The position numbers were made by a program, and so were the translations under genes. A stretch of DNA of 64,000 nucleotides, taken from positions 1 through 64,000 of the IMG/VR virus record IMGVR_UViG_3300020045_009879; one strand, given 5' to 3'. The notes under the pieces are model-generated. The model ran no database searches and was not told where the DNA came from. It worked only from the letters and a program-made list of their open reading frames with translations. Source of the DNA: a virus. Below are positions 53,791-64,000 of this stretch, piece after piece. Position 1 is the stretch's first letter. Every line of letters starts with the position of its first letter.

Positions 53791-56466
53791 TCATGATGGA
53801 TGCACTGAAGATAACTTCTGTTTGGTTACCTTTGGATTCTGTTTATAAACAACCTGTGCCTTTTTCTTTGGGTCTGTAATCTTAGTGCCATCAGAAGAAT
53901 ATCCATATATTCTCTCTGCAAGTTTATTTTGCACATTTTCCTTACCGATCTGTCCTAGTTGCGTAAATGCTGCAGACCTGCGTTGTTGTTCCTGATTAGT
54001 AAAACCCTGAGACAATTCTTTATTAGTAATATCCATATCCTTACGAGATAATGCCTCTTTGGCACCCATCTCTGCATTAAACATATTGACTTTATTAACA
54101 TTCTCCAGATTATATTGTTCGGCAGAATTTTTAAGCCCAGTATTCTTTCCATAAATATCAGTTAATGCTTCACCCGCAGACCTACCTGTTGCACGATTTA
54201 ATCCCTGTAGGCCACTTCTCATTGCTGAAGCAGAACCGCCAGCGACACTAGATAATACGTCTACACCTGTTCTATACTGAGAACCAAGTTGTTCTGTTAC
54301 TGGTGCAGTAGATAAGTAGTCTGGCGCAAACTTTTGTGCATTAACTCTTGGTAACATTAAATCATTGGGAATGTTACTTGGTTTACGTCCAGGGATTAGA
54401 TTGGCAAATACTGGCGCCATGCGAAGAAGATTACTATAATCAAAACCTCCGCCGGTTATGTCTGGATGCAATTGAGTAAAATCTGGAGTAGGTGCCAATT
54501 CATTTGGCGGTGGAGTTACTGCAAGAGATAGAGATCTTGGTTGTAATGGAGATAAATTGCCCGGTCTAATTGGTTTCTTTGCATAAACACCTACATCACC
54601 AGTATCCTGCGGTCTTGCCTTGCTATCATAATAGTTTGGATTATCCTGTGTAGAATAATTCATATTAGGAATCTGAAATGGAGTCGGAGTATTAATACCA
54701 GTAATACCATTAGGTTGTGTATTATTCACCTCCGGCAATCCGTTTACTTTTGCATTATATGCAAGTGTTCCTGCTCCGCCAACAATACCTGCGGCCATAA
54801 ACTTTCTTGCATTATCCGCATCCTGTGCGGCAAACTGAGATGACTGGAGTGTTGGCGCATTGCCAGAATATTTTGGAATAGCAGTGGTTGGTTGTGCCAC
54901 TGTTGTAGCCTCTCTTCCTGCTAATTCCTCTGCCCTATAAGCCTTATTCATAGCATCCTTAACAGTTCCTGCAGCCCTTCCAGTTGCACCCAATACTGGC
55001 ATTCCTGCGGCATATGCATCTGGACCAGTTGCTGATCCAGTAAGATAATTTAATAATGCAGTAGGGGGGAAAATATTACCAAAACCTTTTAATACTTCAC
55101 CAGCTGGAGCTATTTGCCCGGCATTTTCTATAGCAGAATCAACCCATTTATCTGTAGTTGTTCTTGGATCACGTGCGGACATTTTGGTGCCCCAAGGATA
55201 TAAATTACCACCATCTGCACTAATGTTATATTTCTTTGCAGCAACCCATGGTTTCCATCCCTGTTTTGAGTGCAACTCGGCAGCCTTCATAATATTGTAC
55301 TCTGGGTTAAAAACATCACCACCCAAATAAACCTCTGGATGATATTTACTGTTAAACTGAAATAATCCACTATCATTACCGCCACCAGGATTTCTTTTCT
55401 CTCCCCTAAAGGTTTTTGCATTGCCGGCAGATTCACCCATCATAACTTTAGCAGCATTAGACCATTGATCTTCTTTAAAATACTTTTTAATCAAATCGAG
55501 ATATGGAACGTTGGGTGGCACGGTATTAGTCTGAGATACTGCATTATCAATCTTCTGTTGTACTGGTGCATATACAGACTGAGCCACGGATGATGGCGGA
55601 GTAGATTCTGTTACTTGTTGTCCGCTTTGTGGTGATACAATTTGTGGCATTTCGTTATTGCCATATTTTTCAGCAAGTCTTTTTCTGCTAAGCTCTTGAA
55701 TTAATGGATGATCAAAAATAGATCCGCCACTGGCCAACATTCTGATGCCGGCAATATCTGCATCAGTAAGGTTAACTGGTTTAATATCTCCGCCCAAAAC
55801 ATATTTATTTTTCTCATCAGTAAGATTATTCTCTATGAGTCTCTGGTAATATGATTGCTGGGGATTGTCTGAAAGATTTCTAAAGTCGCCCTCGTGATCA
55901 GACATGATTGATTTTGCAAACTTATCAATTGTAGGGAACTGTCCTGTTTGTGCAAGGTAATTTTTAACGAATTCTAAGGTGGGTGCATGTTCTCTCTCAA
56001 CCTCTACACCATTTTTAATCTCTCTTTGCAAAGATACTTTACCACCATTAGCAAATTCTGCCTCAGCAGTTGGAATTCTGGCTGGCTGCTGACCAAATCT
56101 TGGTGGTGCCGAAGGATAACGAGTAGTATCATTAAATCCAGTGGCAGCTTTTTTGCTCTGCAGATTTAATACATCTTCTTGCCATCTTTTATACGCACCA
56201 CTTTCATTAACTTCATCACGACCCTTAGACTCGCTAAGGTATTTCTTTTGTTGTAGATTAAGGTCCATGTTGCCATGTAGATCCATAAAGTCGTTGGTGG
56301 ACAATCCTTTGCCGGTTATGGGTACATCGCCAACCATATTAGGATTATTACCGGCAAACTTCTTTTGCTCGTCATATAATTCTTTAAGTAATTTTCTGGT
56401 GGTTCCAGAATCTACTCCGTACGTTGTTTCAATGGCCTTTGCCCTAGTTGCAAAATTTGGTTTCAT
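53791..56466 (-). CDS. virion cargo protein with lytic transglycosylase (lysozyme-like) and DUF5661-like domains
   Basis: ES.G...GLFQ...NPEYNI..A...GWKPW; GVEVEREH...DH...YY..L. Confidence 0.8.
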   Translation of the reverse strand: MKPNFATRAKAIETTYGVDSGTTRKLLKELYDEQKKFAGNNPNMVGDVPITGKGLSTNDFMDLHGNMDLNLQQKKYLSESKGRDEVNESGAYKRWQEDVLNLQSKKAATGFNDTTRYPSAPPRFGQQPARIPTAEAEFANGGKVSLQREIKNGVEVEREHAPTLEFVKNYLAQTGQFPTIDKFAKSIMSDHEGDFRNLSDNPQQSYYQRLIENNLTDEKNKYVLGGDIKPVNLTDADIAGIRMLASGGSIFDHPLIQELSRKRLAEKYGNNEMPQIVSPQSGQQVTESTPPSSVAQSVYAPVQQKIDNAVSQTNTVPPNVPYLDLIKKYFKEDQWSNAAKVMMGESAGNAKTFRGEKRNPGGGNDSGLFQFNSKYHPEVYLGGDVFNPEYNIMKAAELHSKQGWKPWVAAKKYNISADGGNLYPWGTKMSARDPRTTTDKWVDSAIENAGQIAPAGEVLKGFGNIFPPTALLNYLTGSATGPDAYAAGMPVLGATGRAAGTVKDAMNKAYRAEELAGREATTVAQPTTAIPKYSGNAPTLQSSQFAAQDADNARKFMAAGIVGGAGTLAYNAKVNGLPEVNNTQPNGITGINTPTPFQIPNMNYSTQDNPNYYDSKARPQDTGDVGVYAKKPIRPGNLSPLQPRSLSLAVTPPPNELAPTPDFTQLHPDITGGGFDYSNLLRMAPVFANLIPGRKPSNIPNDLMLPRVNAQKFAPDYLSTAPVTEQLGSQYRTGVDVLSSVAGGSASAMRSGLQGLNRATGRSAGEALTDIYGKNTGLKNSAEQYNLENVNKVNMFNAEMGAKEALSRKDMDITNKELSQGFTNQEQQRRSAAFTQLGQIGKENVQNKLAERIYGYSSDGTKITDPKKKAQVVYKQNPKVTKQKLSSVHPS

Positions 56467-56475
56467 ATCTTGCTA

Positions 56476-57327
56476 TTAATAATCTGTAAATAAATAACCA
56501 CCAGTAGCATGAACATTCTTCATTTTACCTCCATGGCAAAATTGTGGTTGTTGTGGTATCAGTCCCTGTTCCGCAGCTTCCTTCATTTGTTTAGCCTCTT
56601 CGTTGGCCATTTTAAGGCGATTTAAGAACACTTCTTGCCCCTTCTGGGCAATTGAATCATTAGGTCTATCTTTGATGTATTTAGAGGCCAATTTAGACGC
56701 TGCAGCGAATGTTTTGCCTTCATATTTCTCTGGCAGGTTATACTCCTTAGCACCCATAACTGGAAGTCTATCTGAATAGATAAAATCCTTAACCTTAGTT
56801 TCACCCTGTTCTACGAGATTTGGCTGACCATTTTGCTGTGATATCCCCTGCGGTATTCCGTTAAGTGGGTTCTGTTCGTGTCGACCACCTGTATTGAACT
56901 GCGTAATACCTGGAAGTTCGCCTCCATCGGCAGCATAAATATTACCTGTCTGAGAATTAATACCAGACATCATCAAATCACCTTTGGCCTGATTGCTCAT
57001 TCTATTTGCAAAATCCATTCTTTGTTTATCTTTGGAGGCTGTGATGGCACTTATGCCGCCACCAACTAACGCACCAACGCCCATACCTATTGGTCCTAAT
57101 GCTGCTCCCGCGGAAGCTCCACTTAGCGCGCCCTTGGCTATTGCTCCACCAATAGAACCTTCTGGGGTCAAAAGATCCACGCCCTGACCAAGTATTCCCG
57201 CCCCACCAGCGATAGCACCCTGGTTCTTGTTCAAAAACTGGCCGGTTATACTGTCAAGACCCATGCCTCCCATGAAGAATAGATTTCCGCCATGGCTTTT
57301 TATAATGGGCAGATTATTTTTATACAT
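56476..57327 (-). CDS. virion cargo protein with Gly-zipper membrane segment
   Basis: GASAGAALGPIGMGVGALVGG; GG.HE.NP..G...VE.GE motif. Confidence 0.78.
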   Translation of the reverse strand: MYKNNLPIIKSHGGNLFFMGGMGLDSITGQFLNKNQGAIAGGAGILGQGVDLLTPEGSIGGAIAKGALSGASAGAALGPIGMGVGALVGGGISAITASKDKQRMDFANRMSNQAKGDLMMSGINSQTGNIYAADGGELPGITQFNTGGRHEQNPLNGIPQGISQQNGQPNLVEQGETKVKDFIYSDRLPVMGAKEYNLPEKYEGKTFAAASKLASKYIKDRPNDSIAQKGQEVFLNRLKMANEEAKQMKEAAEQGLIPQQPQFCHGGKMKNVHATGGYLFTDY

Positions 57328-57329
57328 AA

Positions 57330-60300
57330 TTATTGTCTTAAACTGTTGTAGTACAACGAGATATCATTTAAAAAAATACTTTTACTTGTTGTCCCTGGGA
57401 GATATTTTATCTTAATAAATAAGTGTTGTCCTCTCATCCTAGATATGGGATAGGTTGCGTCCCTTGGTATATATAACCTAGAAATTCTAAACCTACGTTT
57501 TATTGAACTCATAATGGATGGTGTACTAGAAGTTGTAAGTACACTTGATGTTAGGTAGTCATTCCATGCGGAGAAATATGTTATATTATCTGCTCCGTCA
57601 GCAAAACTACTATTCTTAACGTCTGACGAGTAATTGGTATTTTTATCCGCAGTGCTAATAACATCATGCGTCCATTCTATTGCATTAAAAATATTATCAT
57701 TAATACCGCCCTCTGGGTTTAGACAAATAGTTAACTCTAACTCCTTCTGTGCCCCGTAAAAGTTGCATGAATTGCCACTGGTAAAATGGGTATATAATTG
57801 ACTTGTATTACTTTTGGGTACAGAGTGCAGTTGTCCATCTACTGTGCAGAAGAACTCTGGAGAAAACTCATATATGCCAAAGAACTTGGAGGCGTTTTCA
57901 TTAAACATCAAAACCTCTGAGGCTGGTGATGGTGGGGTTTCGGGAGAGGCATATCCTTTGGCGATGTCAAATAGAACATCGTCGGTCATTGGATCATAAC
58001 CTAGACTATATTCTGGCTTATATGTTAAGCTTGCATCAAAACCTTTTATATAAGATGATACAAGCATCTTATCGCTAAGACCGGTTACCTGACTTCCATT
58101 AATAATATTAATAGTTCTACGAATCTTATCTGCATAATAAACGGCAGATGACGTAGATACAATACCGTTAAAATCATCACATCCAGATTGAGTATTTATA
58201 TATTGATAAGTATTTAATACCTGTCCTGTACCTAGTTCTATTGCCACACTATCAGAACCCTGTATTTGCACTCTTGGCAATATACTTAGTACACTTACAC
58301 CATCTCTTTGAAAGCAATAAACAGTATCGTTAAGTTTCAGTAATCTATTAATATTACCATATTCTCCCTCTACATACATTTCCTCATTTGAAAGGATGTC
58401 TAACCATGAGTCTATAATCTCTCCGGCCATCTTTGGTTTGCTCGCAAGTATTCTATTAGAGAAATTAGTATTCTTTACGAATAGATATGGGTCTGGCATT
58501 GAAACTATTGCATTTCCCTCCTGAGAAAATACATTGTTATATTTATGAAACTCCTCATTGGTTGGAAGGAATGTTGAGGACCATCCTGCAAAAGACATAT
58601 CATTTCTATTAAAGATATTGATAGATGTCTCTACTGGAAATTTAACAATCTCTGTTAACTGTATTTTACTCTCAGAAAAACCAACGCCGTCGATCCTTGC
58701 AATTCTTGCAAATGTAAAGTCGCCCACAAATACATCCCCACTATCTATGATTAGATATGGAGTGGCCGCATCCTCTATCTTATTATAATGACCAACCTCA
58801 ATATATTTGTTAATAGTCCTGTCCTCGTATCTATTACCACCATATTGATTTATGAGCGGATTAACAATTTCCATTAGTAGTAGATCATCAGTACTCTCCA
58901 TTCCGGCCCCAAGAGAACTAGTCATTAGCGTTTCATACGGCACCTCATTACTATCGACAAATGTAATATTTTGAGAGGCGATAGAATCTACCCCCATGAT
59001 TGGTAATCCAAGTGTACGCTCGACAAATGTATCCCTATATTCATCTCTGCAGTCCGCAACAATCGTCTGAAGAGAATTGGAATATCTATATCTTGACAAT
59101 CCATTATACTGTCTCACAAGAGAGTCGTTCTTTGCTAATTCTGGAGTTCCAAGAATAGTGCCCTCTGTGCCGCCGAGAGCGGAATGAAATACATAACTTC
59201 TATAATGATGGAGTAATTGTTCTGATTTTTGATCCAACTCACCATACGGTTTATTTGGGCCTATATATCCATTAGCATTAATAAAATTACCATTTATCCC
59301 GGCATCATAAGCGTTATAAGTAGCAACAGAAAATAGGTTTGTCTTGGCCTCATCAGTTTGATCAAATTGAACGTCTTCACCGTTAATGAGAATAAGTTTA
59401 CCCCTTATTTTTCTAACGTCTTGTGTTAATGACCCAACAACTCTATATTTCATACCACTAGATAAGAGTGGATCTGCAAAGACAGTATCGGGAGAATACA
59501 ATTGCATTAGTCTATTTTCCTGGAAGGATATTTGTAATCCGGCCAATCCTGCTGGTAATGCATCATAATCCCTAAATATCTCAGTCCACGGCCATGGTCT
59601 ATCACCATCAGTATGCCTAATTGCAGAAGTGGAGCCATATGGTGCCGCTCTATGCGGACTTATACATGAGTGATTAGACATGCCATATATCTTAACCTCG
59701 CGTTGTATCCCATCACCATGGGATGCCTCGTATGGTACATCTACCTGGTCTAATCTGTGACGAAGCCATGGTGATGGGACTTTAAGCATTTTTGGCGCCT
59801 GAAGGTCTCCGTGTCCAATAGTCTCATATGTCCCATCAAAATAAGATCCAGTCTGCCTGGAGGCAAAACTAGACGTATCCTGAAATATCATAGGAGAGAC
59901 AATACCCTGTGCAACAATGGTCTTATCAACAGATGTTCTTTCCACGCGTAAAAACTTATATCCTATAACTCCCTGTGCAACCAATATGTCGTGACCAGTC
60001 GGAGATACAGTAAATTCAATGGCAACCCTAGTATCATTAGCCATTCCAGTATAAACTATGGGGATCCTAACGTCAGCAATCCATTGTGGTTTAGACTTTT
60101 GTGATCTGCTATTATAAAATTGCACGGCCCATCTATATGTTTCACCTCGCTTCATAGAGCGAATTTCTTCCTCGTCATAGCCTGCAGTATTTATACTCGC
60201 TACAGACGTCTCTTTTATCTTATAAGAAAGATGTCTTCCCTCTCCACCATAAACGGTTCCAGCAACTTCATTGGGATGATATAGATATGTATAGTCTTGA

Positions 60301-61571
60301 ATGCAGTCGTGCGTGGTTGGTATATTGGCGCTAGATATGGTATATGCCCTACCAGTTTGATCTACAGTAACAGGCGAGGAATCGACTAATAATGCAACTA
60401 CTCCGCCGACTGTAGCAGAATAACATCTAGAATCAAAAAAGTTAGCACTATTAACCGTAAGATCCATGTTAAGATCCCATGGATTCTCCTGAAGGTTAGC
60501 TAATATAAGTCTATTTTTCTTTCCTATGATACACCTTGGAACAAGTTCTATGCCACCAAGAAATGTTAATTGCTCAATAGATGATATATATTTAATTCTT
60601 CCATCATCAACGAGTCTTAAGCTAGCAGAACTGTCAATGGCATAATCGCCTATTACTGACACTGTTGGCGTTACGTTTAAGTCATTATATTTTATAGAAT
60701 AGACTCTTACATAATCATAACTTGTATCAATATTGGAAATGGTAATTACGTTAGACTTACCGATCAGTTCATCGACCGCTCCTCCGCCATTAGTCTTAGA
60801 CATAACCTGCATCTCAGAGAGTGGTGACAGATTGGTCTGTCCTCCATTTATGTTATAAAGGTTATAGGCATACTGGATATATCCGGCGGTATGACTACCA
60901 CCAGATAAGTGATCAATAATTTCTGGCTGTGAAAAATTAAACTGTGGCACCATGGAGAATACCTTCTTAGGTTTAACCATATTTATGGTGCTAAGTAAAT
61001 TTATTGAGAACACTTGATGGACGCCATCTGCAATATATATTCTCTTAACTGATTCGCTTTCATGATTAATAACTATATCATAGTTATAACTAGTAGACCA
61101 TCCGAGAGAGTTAATATAAACCAGCGTTATCGATGGGCTCGCATATGTAGACACATTATATTTCCATATGCAGTCTACTACAGTGTTAGTAGTTAACAGG
61201 TATAAATCTGCCCCATCATTATATGTTGCGACGATTTTGCATGTCCCAAGCCCGCCAATCTGCGACTCTAAATCTTGAATCTCTTGGTGTAATCCCAGCG
61301 AATATGTAAGTGTTGCAGATACACCATTAATATTATATGTCACCACAGTAGATGATATTGATACTATTGTGCCAAACTCTAATGCGATCTGATTACCATC
61401 AGCACATCGTATAATACCATCAGAGCCAATATTATTATCTGCAGTAGACGAATAGGAACTGGTTATGCGTCCATTCCTAAGCATAGAATAGACATTCTTG
61501 CCACGCTTAGAACTTGGAGAATCGGCATCAAGGCCGCCAGTATATGAATATGTTTCCTTCTTAATTGCCAT
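57330..61571 (-). CDS. tail stabilisation / muzzle protein (P22 gp10-like)
   Basis: 1413 aa beta-rich; GG...G..QYAY.LY...G.QT..SP.S, KRGETYR, QYGG motifs; synteny. Confidence 0.82.
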   Translation of the reverse strand: MAIKKETYSYTGGLDADSPSSKRGKNVYSMLRNGRITSSYSSTADNNIGSDGIIRCADGNQIALEFGTIVSISSTVVTYNINGVSATLTYSLGLHQEIQDLESQIGGLGTCKIVATYNDGADLYLLTTNTVVDCIWKYNVSTYASPSITLVYINSLGWSTSYNYDIVINHESESVKRIYIADGVHQVFSINLLSTINMVKPKKVFSMVPQFNFSQPEIIDHLSGGSHTAGYIQYAYNLYNINGGQTNLSPLSEMQVMSKTNGGGAVDELIGKSNVITISNIDTSYDYVRVYSIKYNDLNVTPTVSVIGDYAIDSSASLRLVDDGRIKYISSIEQLTFLGGIELVPRCIIGKKNRLILANLQENPWDLNMDLTVNSANFFDSRCYSATVGGVVALLVDSSPVTVDQTGRAYTISSANIPTTHDCIQDYTYLYHPNEVAGTVYGGEGRHLSYKIKETSVASINTAGYDEEEIRSMKRGETYRWAVQFYNSRSQKSKPQWIADVRIPIVYTGMANDTRVAIEFTVSPTGHDILVAQGVIGYKFLRVERTSVDKTIVAQGIVSPMIFQDTSSFASRQTGSYFDGTYETIGHGDLQAPKMLKVPSPWLRHRLDQVDVPYEASHGDGIQREVKIYGMSNHSCISPHRAAPYGSTSAIRHTDGDRPWPWTEIFRDYDALPAGLAGLQISFQENRLMQLYSPDTVFADPLLSSGMKYRVVGSLTQDVRKIRGKLILINGEDVQFDQTDEAKTNLFSVATYNAYDAGINGNFINANGYIGPNKPYGELDQKSEQLLHHYRSYVFHSALGGTEGTILGTPELAKNDSLVRQYNGLSRYRYSNSLQTIVADCRDEYRDTFVERTLGLPIMGVDSIASQNITFVDSNEVPYETLMTSSLGAGMESTDDLLLMEIVNPLINQYGGNRYEDRTINKYIEVGHYNKIEDAATPYLIIDSGDVFVGDFTFARIARIDGVGFSESKIQLTEIVKFPVETSINIFNRNDMSFAGWSSTFLPTNEEFHKYNNVFSQEGNAIVSMPDPYLFVKNTNFSNRILASKPKMAGEIIDSWLDILSNEEMYVEGEYGNINRLLKLNDTVYCFQRDGVSVLSILPRVQIQGSDSVAIELGTGQVLNTYQYINTQSGCDDFNGIVSTSSAVYYADKIRRTINIINGSQVTGLSDKMLVSSYIKGFDASLTYKPEYSLGYDPMTDDVLFDIAKGYASPETPPSPASEVLMFNENASKFFGIYEFSPEFFCTVDGQLHSVPKSNTSQLYTHFTSGNSCNFYGAQKELELTICLNPEGGINDNIFNAIEWTHDVISTADKNTNYSSDVKNSSFADGADNITYFSAWNDYLTSSVLTTSSTPSIMSSIKRRFRISRLYIPRDATYPISRMRGQHLFIKIKYLPGTTSKSIFLNDISLYYNSLRQ

Positions 61572-62401
61572 TAATGTTTTCTAATTCTTTCAGGATGTCC
61601 TGCGTGACGGAAGAACTGTGCGTGTTGGTCATCATTGCCTATCAGTCTTCTGTAGGTATTAGACATAGCAGTTCTCTTGTCTATACTAGCATATGCAGCG
61701 TGAGATTGCGCCTGTCCGACCGCCCAAAGATATTCTTCATTTGCTCTTTGATATGCACGTACAACATCTTTACCCATATCTTGCATGATGCCAAAATATT
61801 CTCTCTTAATATTATTCTCAATAGCCTTTTCTACCGCAACATCATTGGGTATCATGGGAACTCCATCATCATCTAATAACAATCCATCGTAGGCAATATC
61901 CATTATGCCAGAAGAGAATGAGGTATATACATAGTTTCCATTAAACTTATATGTATTCTCTGGGGTTAAATCGGTCATATCAGATCTATTATAGAACTCA
62001 TGAAAAGTATCCGTTGCCTCATACATAGCCTCATAAGACTCTTGATCCACGCCTGTCGGGTAAGAGATAATTTGTTCTGGTGCTACATAGGTAGCAGTTT
62101 CCATGTCTACTTCTGTAGTGTCTATGGGCTCATATATATCATAAGTCCACGTATCACCTTCTGTCAGGGCATTTTGTACGCGCCTAGCCTGACGTACAAA
62201 AACCATATCACATGGCTTTATACATCTATTATTTTCTATATTTAACCGCACAATTTTACCCTGCAGGAACGCTGGCGACCCTATGAGTTTTATTACATCA
62301 ACGGCCCACACTACGGCAGACTCATAAGCAAGATCGTTACACAGAGGATTTCTGTGAACACGATCGATTACAGAATTTAAACTTATGAAATTACTGTACA
62401 T
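61571..62401 (-). CDS. tail ring / tubular protein (P22 gp4-like)
   Basis: TSF..G...IAY...D.DG.PMIP...AIE..IK...Y.W.VGQA. Confidence 0.8.
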   Translation of the reverse strand: MYSNFISLNSVIDRVHRNPLCNDLAYESAVVWAVDVIKLIGSPAFLQGKIVRLNIENNRCIKPCDMVFVRQARRVQNALTEGDTWTYDIYEPIDTTEVDMETATYVAPEQIISYPTGVDQESYEAMYEATDTFHEFYNRSDMTDLTPENTYKFNGNYVYTSFSSGIMDIAYDGLLLDDDGVPMIPNDVAVEKAIENNIKREYFGIMQDMGKDVVRAYQRANEEYLWAVGQAQSHAAYASIDKRTAMSNTYRRLIGNDDQHAQFFRHAGHPERIRKH

Positions 62402-62930
62402 ATTTACTGTTTTTATCGTCTAATGAGTCAAATGTTCCATTGAAGATATTCTTGGATACATCTCTTTTAAACTTTCTATTTATCTGGGCCATATAAAATA
62501 TCCTATTGCCAAACTTGCAGGTATCTTTCTTGTAGTCTATAGTAAAAAGATATCCAGAAGAATGATCATTGGTATGATACACCAACTGTTTAATTTCTTT
62601 TGTCTCTGGATATTCTACCCACAACTTCTTTGTTGCATCCCAGTTGGGTGGCAGTCGTTTATATGGATTACCGTCTTTATCAAATTTCATCTTAGGTAGA
62701 TACTTCCTTATAACTATCCTCCCTAGTGCATACGGTATTTTGAAGTCATACATTGTAGAAGACATTCTGTCTCTTAATGCACTAAATAACAAATCGAGTA
62801 TTTTAGCATATTCTCCAGATGTTATTTTCTTATCGCCACTCCTCTTAACATAATCCTTATAATAATCCTCTACACCGTAATCACATATTACCTTGTGGAT
62901 TCTTATCAAGCCTTTCCTCTGTTGCATCAT
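62391..62930 (-). CDS. IHF/HU-like protein of the crAss structural module
   Basis: FKIP..LGRI.IRK...NW..T..LW...N.HS.GY. Confidence 0.72.
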   Translation of the reverse strand: MMQQRKGLIRIHKVICDYGVEDYYKDYVKRSGDKKITSGEYAKILDLLFSALRDRMSSTMYDFKIPYALGRIVIRKYLPKMKFDKDGNPYKRLPPNWDATKKLWVEYPETKEIKQLVYHTNDHSSGYLFTIDYKKDTCKFGNRIFYMAQINRKFKRDVSKNIFNGTFDSLDDKNSKYVQ

Positions 62931-63540
62931 TTAATGAATCTTTGTTAATATTTAAATATTGTGCTAACTTCTGATCTACTATTTTCCTTACATCGAGCAA
63001 TACACCATTAGATATTGGATACTCTTGATCCCAAAAGTCTAATTGCGAGTTTGGATTTGCTAAAAGCCACGCTGCTTCTGGATCTTCAAATAAGCCCCTT
63101 ACGTTTATTGTGTTCAACAGTTTATACATCTCATTTTGACTATTGAAAATTATCTTACCATCGCTATTTAACGCACAATAAATCATGTCCGTTGTGAATG
63201 GATTGTACCCAACAAATGGTAGTCTATCAATAGATACTACATTAATAGGTATCTCTAACGGACTTACTGTATATGCTTTGATTGGGGCATTAGCGCTACC
63301 TGTAGTTTTAATAAGAGATGGTAACGATAGCGTAGTCATTGCATTGGTGCCTACTGCAAGTGTAACGAGTTGATACTCATTATATGGAACGATATTCCTC
63401 GGATCAGAATATCTCTGTTGCATAATTACCCCTCTTGCATTATTTATAAGATATGCGATATAGGTATTGACAATAGATACATCATCCACCATGAGTCGAA
63501 ACTGTTCTCTCACGTCATAAATCAACTCGCGTCCAGTCAT
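62881..63540 (-). CDS. tail ring / connector protein
   Basis: MT.RELIYDV.E...I...R...RGLFEDP...EYPI; synteny. Confidence 0.75.
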   Translation of the reverse strand: MTGRELIYDVREQFRLMVDDVSIVNTYIAYLINNARGVIMQQRYSDPRNIVPYNEYQLVTLAVGTNAMTTLSLPSLIKTTGSANAPIKAYTVSPLEIPINVVSIDRLPFVGYNPFTTDMIYCALNSDGKIIFNSQNEMYKLLNTINVRGLFEDPEAAWLLANPNSQLDFWDQEYPISNGVLLDVRKIVDQKLAQYLNINKDSLNDATEERLDKNPQGNM

Positions 63541-63554
63541 AATAATTCTTTTTG

Positions 63555-63571
63555 CAAATATACAACATATT
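63555..63571 (-). promoter_or_regulatory. -7 box TATATTTG promoter for the tail genes
   Basis: AATATGTTGTATATTTG 14 nt before ATG 63540; near-identical to 452-468. Confidence 0.6.
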
Positions 63572-63575
63572 AAAC

Positions 63576-63608
63576 AAAAAAGGGTGACCCTTTCGAGACA
63601 CCCCTTTT
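63576..63608 (-). terminator. intrinsic terminator after the capsid-associated gene
   Basis: Minus strand gggtg...caccc followed by a U-tract. Confidence 0.7.
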
Positions 63609-63644
63609 ATTGCTATAAGCTTATGAATAAGCTCCTTCGAAAAG

Positions 63645-64000
63645 TTACGCCAAATCCTTACCATAAGCGATCAGAGCGGCGACATCAGTTTTTGCTGCAT
63701 CGGCTACTGCGACTGTTAAATGGCGAGGAGACTGTTGTACTGCATGATTATGCTCATCGCCTCCCCAAAATTGGAACTCGAACAATTCATAATCAGTACC
63801 ATCGACGACATCAGATACGAAAGCAAAGTCGTTAGGCCAAGCCTGTCCTCTGTAGGAGTCAGCGAAGGCGCCACGGGTTTGCCATTCCAAATCTTTCAGG
63901 AAGTTTACACTTGTTGGATTTTGAACCCCAGCAGTATAGGCCAGAGCCAATCCAGTAATTGCATTAGTTGTAACACTAACTTCTGTAGCTTTAACAACGA
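63645..64000 (-). CDS. auxiliary capsid protein, C-terminal part (runs off the window)
   Basis: Frame open to the window end; LEW..RG...D.YR...WP motif; synteny. Confidence 0.65.
   Translation of the reverse strand, partial: VVKATEVSVTTNAITGLALAYTAGVQNPTSVNFLKDLEWQTRGAFADSYRGQAWPNDFAFVSDVVDGTDYELFEFQFWGGDEHNHAVQQSPRHLTVAVADAAKTDVAALIAYGKDLA

Noticed and set aside
36505-63835. Numerous + strand ORFs opposite the structural genes
   Set aside because: Antisense shadows with no motifs, fully overlapping well-supported genes.
35841-64000. Stop-codon reassignment, common in crAss-like phages
   Set aside because: Genes up to 7.8 kb are intact under the standard code; TAG and TGA end genes at sensible boundaries; no canonical suppressor tRNA.

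Overview
AT-rich fragment of a crAss-like (Crassvirales) phage, probably infecting a Bacteroidota host (TAnnTTTG promoter boxes, Bacteroidota-type DnaE fragment, DDLPF tails). Standard genetic code. The + strand (about 0.5-35.8 kb) carries small early genes with several paralogue families, a ~2 kb cluster of structured non-coding RNA with degenerate tRNA-like elements, RNase HI, a DnaB/AAA/SSB-like/primase replication module with no recognisable DNA polymerase, and a phiEco32-type peptide-ligase cluster. In that cluster the class II glutamine amidotransferase is split by a group I intron encoding a LAGLIDADG endonuclease. Downstream are an apparently inactivated UNG, nucleases, an NTase, nucleotide hydrolases and a stand-alone DnaE C-terminal fragment. 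The - strand (35.8-64 kb) carries three giant ejection proteins including the virion RNA polymerase (DFDIDK), cargo proteins (one with a lytic transglycosylase domain), and muzzle, ring, IHF-like and auxiliary capsid genes. Main leads: (1) the three ejection proteins have only 4 Cys in about 5,400 aa, all at the facing termini, suggesting a head-to-tail disulfide-linked chain; (2) a non-catalytic DnaE clamp/tau-binding module in a replication block without its own polymerase; (3) the ncRNA and tRNA-mimic cluster. All assignments are by eye from motifs; no searches were run.
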